From: Phaeosaccion multiseriatum
Lineage: Eukaryota > Protista > Ochrophyta, other classes
Direction: 5' to 3'
Assembly (NCBI GenBank): GCA_965112735.1
Contig: OZ218960.1
Span: forward strand, 1,364,001 to 1,428,000
Length of the DNA: 64,000 nt
The notes beneath the pieces are model-generated. The model worked only from the letters and a program-made list of their open reading frames with translations, ran no database searches and was not told the DNA's origin. A program made the translations under genes and the position numbers. Shown here in pieces: positions 1-13,601 of the stretch; position 1 is the first letter of the stretch, and each line of letters begins with the position of its first letter.

Positions 1-368
1 AGGAGGAGGAGGAGGAGGAGGAGGAGGAGGGGGGGGGTCGGGCAACGTACCGCCAGCGAACTACCTCTGCAACAAGTGCAAGGTTGGTAAATAAGGGGGT
101 TGTGGTAGCTTGTGTTTCTTCTTCTTATTGCGTACCACGTCTCACGCAAGTAAGCACTTCGCTGTTGCCCTGTCCTATCTCTCTTCATAACGATGCTCTC
201 TCGTGTCGCCCCGCGCGCACACACACACGCACACGCATACACAATACACACGCACACATACACACACTTCATGCGCACACATATACACACGCGCACACAC
301 ATACATACCACATGCACACGGATACACACGCACACACACATGCACACACACACACGTACATACACACA

Positions 369-419
<51 letters not shown>

Positions 420-777
420 TCACGCACCACGACAACAGATCCCTGGACACTACATCCAGGACTGCACAATGGCGAGCGTGCCCCCTCCGTCTTATGTGTG
501 CCATGGCTGCGGCAAGAGAGGGCATTACAAGAAGGACTGCCCACTGCTCAGCGGAGGGGGGGGGAGAGGACGGGATGGGGGGAGAGATGGCGGCAGAGAT
601 GGCAGCGGTAGTAGCGGCAGCAGGGGCGGAAGGGAGGGAGGGAGGTATGGAGGGGGAGGGGGCCGGGGAGGAGGGAGCTCGGGAGCATACGGGCCGGCCT
701 CGCATTCATCGCCCCCACCTCCTCCTCCACCTCCCCCTCCCTCACAGCCATCCTACGCGCAGTTCAGGCCCAGCTGA
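1..777 (+). CDS. 3' part of a CCHC zinc-knuckle protein (PPxxYxCxxCxxxGHxxxDC repeats, RBBP6/Mpe1/ZCCHC24-type knuckle); exons <1-82 and 439-777
   Basis: Splicing GT(83)..AG(438) joins [12 protein letters not shown] to IPGHYIQDC and is followed by a second knuckle [22 protein letters not shown] and a Gly/Arg/Pro-rich tail; the gene starts upstream of the window. Confidence 0.8.
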
Positions 778-786
778 GGGGCTGGG

Positions 787-824
<38 letters not shown>

Positions 825-1000
825 GCCACACGGGATGATGTTGCGCGTTTGTATACGCATTTGGCCATGTGGGGAATGAGAGGAAACGGGGCCTTGTGTT
901 TTGCCTCCCTCTTCCAGAGCTTTTGATGTATTTCAGGAGCTACCAATTCATTTTACGATCGTCTGCAAGAAGCTTTGCGACTGTGCTTCCTTCCTTTCGA

Positions 1001-2310
1001 TGTCGATAACCCAAGAAAGCAACGCATGCACACACATTGCTCTGTCTACTGCCCTTCCCCTCCCCCTTTCGCCACCTCTACGAGAGGTAAAAGTAACGTG
1101 TAGCTATCAAGCTCTTGCTTGTTGCAGGCCCTGTCGGGGAGGGGGAGGGGGGCAGAGCGCTTCGAGGTGCGGGTGGGAGATGTATTCCATGCTTCCAATC
1201 AATCAGGAGCGGCCCACCTCCCATCTGTAGCCATCGCTGCTGCTGCTGCTGCCGCTGCTGCCGCTCCTGGTGCTGCTCGACCACCCGCTGCCAGGAGCTG
1301 TCGTGTATCGTTTGCTGCTCTGCTTTCGCGCGAGAGCGTCAAGGCTACGTCCATCTCCGAGGGCGAGCAGGAGCGTGAGCCGCGCTCTCTTTTCCTCCAT
1401 GGCGACGGCAAATGGGGACGCACAAGCGAAACCAAACGCCTCTGTCGGGGGACCTCGACCAACCCGAAAAGCAAACAGACGCAGGGCGGGATGACAAAGC
1501 TCCGACCCGTCGAGCCTTCCTTCCTCCCCTGTGAGTTTGGGTGCTGCGTCGTATAGCATTGGTCAAAACAGGTCGCCACGCTTCTCCCCTAATAGCAAGC
1601 AGTTGGTGCCAACATGACCTACTCTCGGGGTATAGCAGTTGGTGATACAGCAGCAGCAGCAGCAGCAGCACCAGCAGCGGAGCCCCTCGCTGTCCGCCTC
1701 TATGGAGCCACGTCCCCTCCCCCCCCCCCGCCGCAGAAGCTCTCTTCCGCTACAAGGGGCCACACAGCGGCGGCACTTCCGTCTCAACGGATGGCACTCC
1801 ACGTCATCAGCACTCCACTACGGGGTTAGAACACACACTCTATCCACCCACTCCTCCGTAGGATTGGACGATACCCTGACTCACTCAGTCACTGACTTAC
1901 TCAGTCACTGACTTACTCCCTCTGTCCACACGCCCCTGCGGGCTCTCCTCCCCACCAACAAAGCTCCGAGACTCTGCTTGCACCTGAGCCAAGGTCAAGG
2001 TCAAGGTCGCTGGCGTCTGTCCTGTGTGAGGCACAATGTCGCCTCGAATATGGCTCCTGTGACGACCAAGGCCAAGGGATGGAATGCCCATGCCCATCCT
2101 CTCTTCTTTTTGTTGCTGTTCTTCTTCTTGCCCCCTTCGCCCGAATAGGACTGGTTCAGTCCTGGCGTCAACAACAACAACCACAGCAACAACAAAAAGC
2201 AAAACAGAGCAAACGCTCCGCGCACGTTGTACCACTGCTCACCAACAGCGATACGCCACCACCGGCAGAATCCCCACGTCAACCAGGCCCCAAGCCTGAG
2301 CAATTAATGT
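1001..2310 (+). CDS. Possible multi-exon hypothetical gene (structure uncertain)
   Basis: ATG at ~1001, plausible short intron 1087-1127, open frame 1128-1530, GTGAGT donor at 1531 and further open frames to ~2300; no recognisable domain. Confidence 0.25.
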
Positions 2311-2360
2311 CAAGCTCAGCGCTGTCAAACTCAGCACGGTCAACCTCAGCACTGTCAAGC

Positions 2361-2655
2361 TCAAGCCGAGCTGTCGTTGAGGGCAACGCACGTGACCGCA
2401 TTGCGATGGCCAAGGTAGTTCCGAATCACATCCCCCCCGTGCAGCTCCCAGAGCTTGGCACTGTGGTCCGAGGACGCAGTGACGAGGTAGCTGGAATCCG
2501 CCGAAAAGACTGCGTCCCACACCCACCTCTGGTGCTGGGCCAGCGTGCGAGTGAGCTCAAAGTCGTTACCCACGCTCCACACCTTTGCTGTGCTGTCGGC
2601 GGAGGTGGTCACCAAGCGACGCACGTTCGGACTTAGCACCACCTGTTGGGGTGTG

Positions 2656-2708
<53 letters not shown>

Positions 2709-4259
2709 GTGTATGCGTGAGTATATATGTGTGTATGTGTGGATTGTGCGTGTGTGTGTTTGTGTGTGCGTATGGGTGGGGAGTGCGTGGGTGTGAGGTG
2801 TAGGTGCTGAAGAGAAGGGCTCGTCTGTTCTAATCCCTTCCTCTCTGCCCTTCTTGTCCACAGCCCCCTCCCCCCACCCTCCTAAACCAGGTAGGCGTAT
2901 ACATTACCCCCCACCCACCCTCCACGCACCCACACTCCACCCATTCGTACTCCACCCATTCGTACCACTCTCCACCAATCCTCTTATCTATCCATCCACC
3001 CACCCACCCATCCATCCATCCATCCATCCACCCATCCATCCATCCATCCATCCATCCACCCACCCACCCATCCACCCACCCACCCATCCATCCACCCACC
3101 CACCCACCCATCCATCCATCCATCCACCCATCCACCCACCCACCCACCCACCCATCCATCCTTGCATCTACTCCCCACTCACCTTAAGCAGATAGGCATT
3201 ATGTGCCTGAAACTCCTTGACCATGGTAAAGCTCTTACTGTCATTGGTACGCCCTTTGAACACATAGCACGTGCCCATGCTATTGGCCCCCACCAGCACG
3301 CTGGCGTCACTAGCCACAGTGATGGATTGGATCGACTCATCCACCACTGCGGCATTCGACGCGTATCCACTTACGCCCCCCCCCCCTCCTCCTCCTTCTC
3401 CGCCTCCTTCTGCTGCTGCTCCTGCCCCTGCAGCTCCCATCCCACCCGCACCTCCTCCTGGACTCGACCGGTGAAGTTTCAGCTCCATGCACTTGCTCGC
3501 CGTCAGGTCCCACACCTTGTGTGTCGGGGACCGATGCAGGAAGAGTCAGGGGTCAATAAAGAGAGGCATTCAATGCAGAGCGAAACGGGAGGATCAGGGG
3601 CGGGGATCTCCAGTTGCGCGACAAAACACGAATGTACCCGACTGAGACAGCGAGCGAGAGGACCACTCGCAACAAAGCAGATCGAATGAAAAGATAAGAG
3701 GGTCCCCTCCTTACTTGTATCTTGCCGTGCTGGTCCCCGCTGATGAGCTCTGCCTGGTTGGGGTGTAGCGCTACAGTGTTGACAGGGGCCTTGGCTTCGT
3801 AATTGCGCTGGCAGCCCTGCGCACGGAGGTCCCAGATCTTGATGGAGCCGTCCTCGGAGCCAGTGTACATCCACTTGCCTGGGGGGTGGGGTATGGGGGG
3901 GAGTAGAGGGGAAGAGAGTGTGAGTGAGAGAGAGAGGGCGAGAGAGAGACACACAAGGGGGGGGGGAGAGGGGGAGAGGAGAGGAGAGGAGAGGAGAGCA
4001 CACGCATAATTTGTTACAAAGAGGAGAGCAGAGCAGAGCAGTCTCGTACCGTCCTTCTGAAAGCCCATGTCCGTGACATTGGAGGTGTGTCCGTCGTAGG
4101 CCACGATGGGGCTTGGGTTTTGGCTGTTAATCTCGAATATGCGCACATGGGGGTTGCCCGCCGCCGACAGGAATTGCTTGTCCGGTGTGATGCGCAGGCA
4201 GTTGACCTATCAACCCGGAGGGGTATAGGCGCGCAGCGCACAAGGGGTAGATGAACACG

Positions 4260-4293
<34 letters not shown>

Positions 4294-4566
4294 GAGGCCT
4301 GTTAAAAACCAGTGGGAGTACCCCCTTCGAACAAAAAAAGAGAGTGGAGGGGGATTCGTCCAAAGCCCATAATATATGGGAAGACGAGGAAGGGATAAGA
4401 GTGGGCAGGCACGCCAACAAACGATCTACTACTCTGCTGGTCTCTTTCCCCCATACACCTGACTGTCCGGGAACTTGAGGCTGCGATGGCAGGCACCAGA
4501 AGGAGGTTCCCAGAAGTAGATCTTATGGTCATAGCCTGCGCTGCATAGCACAACAGAATGGGTCAT
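2361..4566 (-). CDS. LST8: TOR complex subunit LST8 (WD40); coding exons approx. 4566-4459, 4207-4049, 3878-3716, 3515-3183, 2642-2361
   Basis: [16 protein letters not shown]..., [71 protein letters not shown] and [23 protein letters not shown] match LST8/GbetaL; GT-AG introns restore one frame; an upstream exon is possible (acceptor near 4591). Confidence 0.95.
2980..3160. repeat. (CCAT/CCAC)n tetranucleotide tract in an LST8 intron
   Basis: Directly visible. Confidence 0.9.
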
Positions 4567-5598
4567 CTCCCCTTGGCCTCCGTGCCGCGGCTGCGAAGAG
4601 AGGGGGGGGTGGGGGGGCGCAATACTGAGATGTGTAGGCAGCAGGAAGAGGCGAGGATGAGGAGCTTTGGCAAAGAAAGGATTGGAATGGGGGACTACGT
4701 ACGTGTACCCGCAGAATCCGGGGTATTCCTCCCTCCACCCCAACCAATTTCTTCACTTGCCCTCCTCTCCTCCCTTCTCCCTCACTCAAGCCAGTAAAGG
4801 CACACTCCGCTTACCTATTGCGGTCACAATGAGCGTGATAAGCGTGGGGGGGGGGGGGGTGGGGGGCTGATTGCTTAGGTCAAGGCCAGACCGACCCAAA
4901 TCGCAAATCGTACCCATTTTTCGACCTCAGGGCCGCTCGCGTCGGGAATAAAAAAGGGGAGAAAGGCCTGACCTTTGTGGGCTAAAGTGTTCAAATAGAG
5001 GGAGAGAGAGAGCGCGCTGCGGCTGATCTGCGACCCCCCGCTTTCTGGGATCAGCGGAGAGGCCACCCCCTTCCCCGAGGGCGGCCAGGTGTTGAAGAGG
5101 CCCCTGAAACAAGAGGGAGAGCACCAGAACCAAACGGGAGAAACCAGCTAGGCGGCGGTAAAGGCGAGGTGTACACTGATCCCCTGGTCCCTGCGACAAT
5201 GTCGTCGCCAAACTGAGAGAGGACTACTCACTCTGCTCTTTGGGGGGGGGGGCACCCAGACACTTTACTTCATTTGAGGAGACCTGTCAACATGGACAAA
5301 GGCGAGTGAGAAGAGCAGCGAAGGGAAGGGAAGGCGGGTGTTGGGATGGTGGCGAGAGTAGGAGAAACATGGCACGGCGTGGGAGAAGCATGGCACGGCC
5401 AAGGCTCAAAAACTTTCCTTCTTTCATTACTCCTCTTCGTTCTTACTTCTGATTTCACCTGTCCTCGCCCTCTTGTTGGACCTCTCCACCCTCCACCCCT
5501 CCTCGTCCCCCCTCCCTCTTCCGGAACAGCCTCGGGGCGCCTGACTGATAATACCCCCATCTCCAGCAGCGAAGGCGGCAGCGATGTAGCCTCAGACA

Positions 5599-6554
5599 TG
5601 GTCCTTGTTCAGCGCGTTCCATCCCACCTCATGGATGGCGTAGTGGGGTGCGACGCCCTCTGGGCGTCCATTCAGTCGTGGCAGGACGGTGTGGAGGCGT
5701 ATCGCTTCACGGACGGCGACCTGGCCATGCGGCTGGGGTACGTGCGTATGCTCAAGGGAGTCCAGCAGTCGCAGGATGAGCAGGAGGAGGAGGAGAAGAA
5801 GCTCCGAAGGCAGCAGCAGAGTGGCAAGAAAAGCAGACAAGGCGCAGCAGCATTAGCAGCAGCAAGAACAACCATTACAGGAGGAGGTGAGGGCAGGAAG
5901 GTAGTTCTGGCCACTCACTTCACCCCAGCAGCGATGGACGAAGCTGCGGGCAGATGCAACGACGACAACGACGAAGACGACGCCACAGTGCTTTCTTTCT
6001 TGCACGCACACAGGAACTCTGCCGGATGCACCCGAAAGGCGCTCCGAAACGCCGCGGGTAGCAACCGGCCCAAGGCCGTGGCCTGGCTCCTTAAGCACCG
6101 GACCGAAGGGAGCGTGCATGAGGCTATGGACGCAGCGGCCAAGGGCGGTCACGTGGATATCATGCAGCTCCTTCAGACGCAGTGCGGGGAAGCGCTGGAG
6201 GGCTACACGAGTCGAAGGAGGGTGGATGCCGCTGCCCGGGGGGGCGAGCTGGCCGCTCTTCGGTGGCTTGTGGAGGAAGGGGGGGGGGGGGAGGAGGAGG
6301 AGGAAGAGGAGGAGGAGGAGGAGGAGGATGGCAGTGGATGGGGCGGGGCGCGGGGTGTGTCGTGCACGGAGGCGGCAGTGGACGGGGCGGCAACGAACGG
6401 ACACTTGGAGGCGATACGGTACCTGCACCGAGTGTGGGCACAGCGAAGAGGAGGAAAGGAAGCAGGGGTGGGGGGCGGCAAGAGTCGGCGCCTCTCCGCG
6501 GGAATCGCCACAACACCAGGGAGCAGCACCGGCAACAACACCACCACCGCCACC

Positions 6555-6603
<49 letters not shown>

Positions 6604-6608
6604 TCATC

Positions 6609-6687
<79 letters not shown>

Positions 6688-7972
6688 CCACCAACACCAA
6701 CAGCAACAACAGCAGCAGCGACGGTAACAGTCGGCAGGTGCCGGTGTTTTCCCAGGCCTCCGCCTACGGAGGCGGCGACGGGAAGCAGCAGAAGGGCCTT
6801 GCCGGGGGTGCTACCGGCAGCAACGATGGCAGTGGAAGTGACGGGGGGCCTCCTGGCGTGGACGAAGGGGCGGAGGAAGACGAGCGAGGGGAGGAGGGAC
6901 TGGGGGTGGCCACCGGAGAGCAGCAGCAGCAGCAGCAGATGCAGCGCGCACCTGCACCTGACAAGGGCTTGGGCAGCAGAGGTAGGGCGGCCTTCTCCTT
7001 TTCCGCCCTGCGAGCCTTAGCCCGTGGTGCTGGTGCCGGGGGCACTTCCGGGGGGGCTTCACCGGCAGCTACGACACCCGTCGCGGCGGCATCGTCAAGT
7101 TGGGGTGGGGGTAGCCCAAGCAACAGCAGCAGCACGATCACTGTTCGGCAGCGGCAAAAGCAGCCGCAGCGGCAGCGACGGCGGCGGCGGTTGCAGGCGT
7201 TTCAGCAGCTTTTCCCCTCTACAAGAAGGAGCAGTAGCCCGCTGCTGCTGACCCCGCCCGCAACCACCGCGGCTATGGACGGAGCGGCAAGGAATGGGCA
7301 CCTGCAAGTTCTCAAATGGCTTGCAAGACACCGCAATGAAGGCTGTTCCAGCCAGGCGCTTGTCTGGGCCAGTCGGAATGGCCATTTGGAGGTCGTCAAG
7401 TGGCTTGTGCGGTACCACCGAGGGGGAGGTACGGATGGGCAGCTGGAGGACGAGGAGGAGGAGAAGGAGGCGATGGCAGTGGATGGCGCGAGCAGTGACA
7501 ACGGCGCGGGGGGCGGGGCTGCTGAAGCCGCTGGTGTTGTGCTTGACATTGCGGAGAGCCCTCCGGCAGTAGGAGGCAACGGCGGTGAACACCATCTTCA
7601 CTTGGCGGGGCCGGACTTGGGCCTTGGAAGTGTGCATGAAGGTGACGAGCAAGATGAAGAGGAGGAGGACGAGGTTGTTGACATGGAAGATGCCGCCGAG
7701 GGCCTTGACTGGCAAGAGGCAATGTGCGCAGCGGCCGAGGAGGGCCATTTCAATGTCGTCAAGTGGCTGCATCGACACGTGGCAGCCAAGGAGACGGCCA
7801 CGGCAGAGCTCATGGACCGGGCGGCAGCGGGCGGACACTTGCCCATTGTGGCGTTCCTCCATGCCGAGAGGTGAGAGCAGGAGGAGGAGGAGGAGGAGGG
7901 GGGGGGGGGAGGAGGAGGTGGAGGAGGGGGATGGTGGAGGATGAGGAGGAGGAGGAGGAGGAGGAGGAGGAG

Positions 7973-8004
<32 letters not shown>

Positions 8005-10514
8005 GAAGGCGAGGACTCGCAGAGTTGTTCGCCTGCCTGCACGGCTGGAATGCCAAAGGTGTGTGTCTAACCCTTCCCTTTCTGGCCTATCCGCCGCCCC
8101 CTCCCCTTGCCCCCACCCCCTCCTCGCGTCTTTTATGACTCAGGAGCGAGAGCGCGACAGTAGCTGCAATGAACTCTGCGGCGCGACACGGACACCTGTT
8201 GGTGGTACGCTTCCTCACAGTGCACAGACACGAGGGCTGTTCCATCAGTGCCATGGACGGAGCCGCCTCCAAGGGACACCTCGACACTGTGCAGTGGCTG
8301 CACATGCACCGCACTGAGGGATGCAGCACCAACGCCATGGTGAGGGACATGAGACGGATATGAGACGGATATGAGACGGATATGAGAGGGATATGAGACG
8401 GATATGAGACGGATATGAGATGCATATGAGAGGGATATGAGAGGGATATGAGAGGGATATGAGATGCATATGAGAGGGATATGAGACGGATATGAGAGGG
8501 ATATGAGACGGATATGAGACGGATATGAGACGGATATGAGACGGATATGAGATGCAGATGAGAGGGATATGAGAGGGATATGAGAGGGATATGAGATGCA
8601 TATGAGAGGGATATGAGAGGGATATGAGAGGGATATGAGACGGATATGAGACGGATATGAGACGGATATGAGACGGATATGAGATGCATATGAGAGGGAT
8701 ATGAGAGGGATATGAGAGGGATATGAGATGGATATGAGATGCATATGAGAGGGATATGAGAGGGATATGAGACGGATATGAGATGCATATGAGGCGGATA
8801 TGAGACGGATATGAGAGGGATATGAGAGGGATATGAGAGGGATATGAGAGGGATATGAGACGGATATGAGAGGGATATGAGAGGGAAATGAGACGGATAT
8901 GAGATGCATATGAGAGGGATATGAGAGGGATATGAGACGGATATGAGAGGGATATGAGAGGGATATGAGAGTGCCGATTGAGTTTGTGTGTGCATATACA
9001 TCTATGTATGTATGTGTGTAGTCTGAAGGTGTATATCTAAGCCGTCCCCGTTTCCTCCGCTCAGGATGGCGCTGCCGCCGGCGGGTACCTCGAGGTAGTT
9101 CAATGGCTTCACGCCAACCGAATGGAGGGATGCTCTAGGAAAGCCCTCGCCCGCGCCGCTGAGAAGGTAAGGACGTGCGTATACGTGCTGTTATTTTTTT
9201 TAACCCCCCCCTCCCCCCCCCCTTCTTGAGTTTATCCTAAATCTTTTGAATCTCACTCACTTACTCGCTCACTCTCTCACCCACCCACTCACTCACTCAC
9301 TCACTCACTCACTCACTCACTCACTCACTCACTCTTTCACTCACTCTTTCACTCACTCCCTCACTGGTCATTACTCTCTCAGGGTCACATCGAAGTAATG
9401 AACTTCCTACTGCAAGAACGGCCCCTGGGGCTGAACTCTTTCCCCGATGTGGTGAAGCTCGCTGCAGGGGCAGGGCAACTCAGTGTGCTTCAGTGGCTCA
9501 AAGACAAGGAGGACGGCTGCAGCGGCGGAGGCGGAGGAGCAAAGGGGGGGGCGAGGTCAAGCGTCGGGCCCCGCGGCTTGGAGGCATTGGCTGCCGCCGC
9601 AAGGGGCGCGGATGCTGGTGCTGGTGGTGGTGCTGCTGCTCATGGTGCTGGTGCTGCTAATGCTGGCGCTGATGTCGGTACACTCGCCCCGTTCGACGGC
9701 TCTCTCTCTTTGTCTTCTTCCGGTGAGGTCCGGGTGAGGGCAAGAGGAGAAGGAGGAGGAGGAGGAGGAGGAGGAGGAGGAGGAGGAGGAGGAGGAGGAG
9801 GAGGAGGTGAAGGCGGTGGTGGCGACTACGAAATCACAGTTGGTGCTTGTAAGGACGCCATCGATCTCGCCGCTAAGAACGGACATTTCCAAGTTGTACA
9901 GGTGCGTGGGTGCGTGCGTGAAGCGGACTGAACACGAGAGGGGCGCCCCTGCGGGGGCTGAAGGGAGGAGAGCCGTTGGTGGAGGGGGGGGGTGGGCGGA
10001 GGGAGATGGAGAGAGAACGAGACAGAAGAGGCGGCAGAAGCTGTGGTCACAGAGGGTGACACACTGTGCGAAATGGACTGGGGGGTAGTGGTGTACAAGA
10101 CTGTTCCAGAACTGTTACAGAACTGTTACAAAACTGTAGAGTTCAAGCTTCTTCCAAGTCAGATCCTGGGCTCCTAATCGATGCTTCGTGTTGTTCGCTG
10201 CTTTTCTTCTCGTCCCTTTGCCGTTGCCCTGATTCCTGCTCTTCCCTCCTTGCGTATGCCGCTCCCTCCCTCTTCTCGTCTGCGCGTATCTTCAGTGGCT
10301 GTGGAACAATCGTACGGAGGGCTGCTCCCGAGCAGGATTGGTGAGTACGTGTTTGTGTGATAGGAGAGAGATGTGACATTCTCTTTCTCTCTGTGTGTAT
10401 GTGTGTTTGAGAATGCGGCTTGCTTTCTTATTTTTTCTTCCTCTTACTCCTTCATCGCTCACCTTGCTTTTTGCTTTCATTTTCTATCGGACTGACGATT
10501 TATTGTCTACCTTC

Positions 10515-10576
<62 letters not shown>

Positions 10577-11946
10577 GCTCAGGACGCCGCTGCTGCCAAC
10601 GGGCACGAGCAGGTGCTTGACTTTCTGTACCGCCACACCGACGAAGGAGTCACCACAGAGGGGACCCTCTTCTGCCCCAGCGCTCTGCAGAGGGCGGCGG
10701 ATGGAGGTGAGCACTGGCATGCACTGGGCTGGGCTTGGGTTGTAGGGTAGGGCAGGGAAGGGTAGGGTAGGGTAGGGTAGGGTAGGGTAGAGAAGTTAGG
10801 TAGAGTAAAATGGACATAAGAGAAGAGAAGAGTGGAGTCGAGTAGAGTACATGTAGGGGAGGGTATGATAGTGAGTTAAGTAGAATCGAGAAGTAGAGTA
10901 GAGAAGGGTAGGGTAGGGTAGGGGTAGAGTACTTGAGAGTAAAGTAGATCGACAAGGGGAGGAGAGAAGAGTAGAGTAGAGTTGAGAAGCTGTTGCTGTT
11001 CCCCTCAGCCGGTCCTCCCCCTCCCCTTCTCTCTCCGTCCCTCTCCTCTCCCACCCCCCCTTCCCTTCTCTCGTACTCTCTCCTCTCCCCCTCCCCCCCC
11101 CGACCGCCCCCCCCCCCCCTGTTGCCGTCACCCCTCCCCCATCCGCGCCGTTTCAGGGCACCTCTCCGTTCTAAAGTGGTTCGCAGCCAACATGACTGAC
11201 AAGGTCACCTTCACCTCGCAGCTCGTGGACAGGGCAGCAAGCCGAGGGCACCTGCACGTGGTGTCTTGGCTGGAGAGCCTCGGTGTCGGTGAGTTTGAGT
11301 TTTAGTTGGCTCTGCGCTGAGAATCGGGACGGGATCCCGCAGGAGGGGAATACAGGGGGCGTCCTGTGGAGTTTAGTATGCCATCTTGTAGGGCCCCTCC
11401 CTTCCTAATGCTGCTGTATCACCAACTAACGTGCTGCTGCTGTATCGCCAACTGCTGCACTCTTGTGGTGCGTGCCTGTCCCCAGGCTGCTCCTGGAGCG
11501 CGTTTGACGGCGCCGCCGCCAACAACCACTTGCACGTGCTACAACACCTCAAGGCTTCCCCCCTTTACTCAGAGGTGGGGCCTAGCACAGCTGCCTACGC
11601 ACGCGCTGCAGAGAGGCGAAATATGGCAGTGATCGAGTGGCTTTCCAGCAACTACTGTGATGATGTCGCGGGCGCCGGGCAGTGGGCGCTGGTGGGATGT
11701 GAGAGAGAGCTCAAGAACGAGCAGTATCTGCAGCGGCAGGGCCCCCATATGGTGGCGGGTTGTGTCTTGAGGGGGAGGGGCGGGGCGGCAGGGGGGAGGG
11801 GTGGTGCCATGGAGGTTGATCGAGAGCTTGTGGCCCTGGTCAAGGAGAGATTGATCAAGCCGAAGCCGAAATCAATGTCGCAGATGAGAACGAGCAGGAG
11901 GAGGAGGAGGAGCAGCTGGAGCGGCGGTAATGGGAGTAGTAATGGT

Positions 11947-11981
<35 letters not shown>

Positions 11982-12066
11982 GGGCAGTAGGAGCCAGCAG
12001 CAAGGAGGAAGGCGACGTGCCTCATTGTCGTCGCTGCCGACGCCTCCTGGGTGCTCTGTGATGTAG
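5599..12066 (+). CDS. Multi-exon ankyrin-repeat protein (stramenopile AMDGAA-GHL-WL-RxEGC type) with poly-N/E/G inserts; exons approx. 5599-7870, 8144-8339, 9065-9166, 9383-9901, 10296-10340, 10583-10706, 11157-11288, 11486-12066
   Basis: Repeated motifs AMDAAAKGGHVDIMQLL, AMDGAARNGHLQVLKWL..RNEGCS, AMDGAASKGHLDTVQWLH..RTEGCS continue in phase across seven GT-AG introns; start codon uncertain (ORF open from 5346, acceptor-like site at 5529). Confidence 0.88.
6535..6720 (+). repeat. (ACC)n/(AAC)n coding microsatellite (poly-T/poly-N)
   Basis: About 40 AAC units within the ankyrin exon. Confidence 0.9.
8347..8970. repeat. Intronic 11-bp minisatellite ATATGAGA(CGG/GGG/TGC), ~56 units
   Basis: Directly visible, fills most of intron 8340-9064. 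Confidence 0.95.
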
Positions 12067-12557
12067 GAAGGGTCCGTCGCACGGGGACGAATGGGAGGGG
12101 GTGGGAGTGGCTTGGGTGTATGTTGTTGGGTGTGCAGGGTCTTAAGAAAGAGGGGTAGGAGTGGGTGGGGGTGGGTGGGCGAGGTTGGGTATTGGTGTGC
12201 ATTTTGTAAGAGCTCTTCACAGGCCGCCGCACGGGAAAGGTGTTTTATTATTACGACCGTACAATAGAGCATAGGACACACTGAGGTTTGTGTGTGTAAT
12301 CACACATAACATGAAATGATTTCGACAGCACGCGCATACAATGTAAACGCGATCGCGCGGCTGGTGAACAACCAATTGGTTCCCTTGACTTATGCGGTCC
12401 GCCAGGCAGGCAGGTCTTCACCTTCATGCAACACCTCTCTCTCCCTCTTACATTATAGACGCTCTTATCTTTCCGTCTCTCTCTACCTGGCAGCCACACT
12501 TGAATCGCAGCAGCGGCAGCAGCTCCACCACCACCAGCACCAACCCAAGAAATAAAC

Positions 12558-13224
12558 ATGTTTCGAAGGAGGGCTATGGATGTGGGTTGTCTCGTCGCAG
12601 TGGCCGTCGCCCTTCTCCTGCAAGGTAGGCTGTATGCGTTTGCTTGATTGGCGCTTATTGCTTGTGCTCCACCCTGTCCCAGACCAAGAGCTACTCTGTG
12701 CTATGTTTGAAGTTAGCCGTTGTCTGCTGCTGGAGCTGCTGCTGTTTGGACTACGCGCCCCATCCACTCTTTCCGACTCTCACAACACATCTCCTTGAAC
12801 GAATTTCCTCGTCGTGGGTCGCAATGATACGCTCCTCCTGCTCTTCGCTCATACATGTATCGTCGAGTAGGGGGCTCTGCATTCGTGTCTCCTCTGTCGG
12901 GCCGCGCAGCAGTATCATCAAGGAGCTCTGCCAGCCTGTACCAGGCTCGCGTTCAGACGGCGACTTCTCCTTCTTCCCTCACCACTGAATCTATGTCTAC
13001 TGCCACTGCCACTGCTGCTGCTGGTGGACAACGGCGGGGCGAGGTAAGGAGGAAGGCAAACACCGAAGTAAAAGATGAGGCGAAGGAGGGGCCGCAGCAG
13101 CTTTGAGCAAGGACCAGGGACCGAAGGCTTTCAGGCGGTGGAGCTCTGGTCAAGGAAGGCGAATGCGAACTGTGACACTGAAGACTGCTGAGTGTGGCGA
13201 AGGAGCCATGCATTGTATGCCCTG

Positions 13225-13292
<68 letters not shown>

Positions 13293-13548
13293 CATGCCCT
13301 GACCAGAAGGAGTGTCGATTGCGGCATTGAACTGAAAAGCCTCTCCTGCTCGGTGTGTTGTATGTACTCACGCCAATTTCCCTCCCTTTTGTCTCCCCCA
13401 CCCCCCGCCACCCGTTGGGCCCGCGTTGATGCCCCACCAACCTAGTTGGTGATGAAGCCGGGGGATAACATTAGCCTGTTCGGCAAGATCGTTGGAGGTA
13501 CCGCCGTTGCTATCTACCTTGGTAAGTATGCGCGCACACTCGTGAAGT

Positions 13549-13601
<53 letters not shown>

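Noticed and set aside
8087-9001. Long minus-strand ORFs with SYPSHIPLIS repeats
   Set aside because: Translation of an intronic 11-bp minisatellite that lacks stop codons on that strand
10740-10930. (GGGTA)n as a telomere-like repeat
   Set aside because: Short, degenerate, intronic pentamer mixed with AGAGT; not a telomeric array
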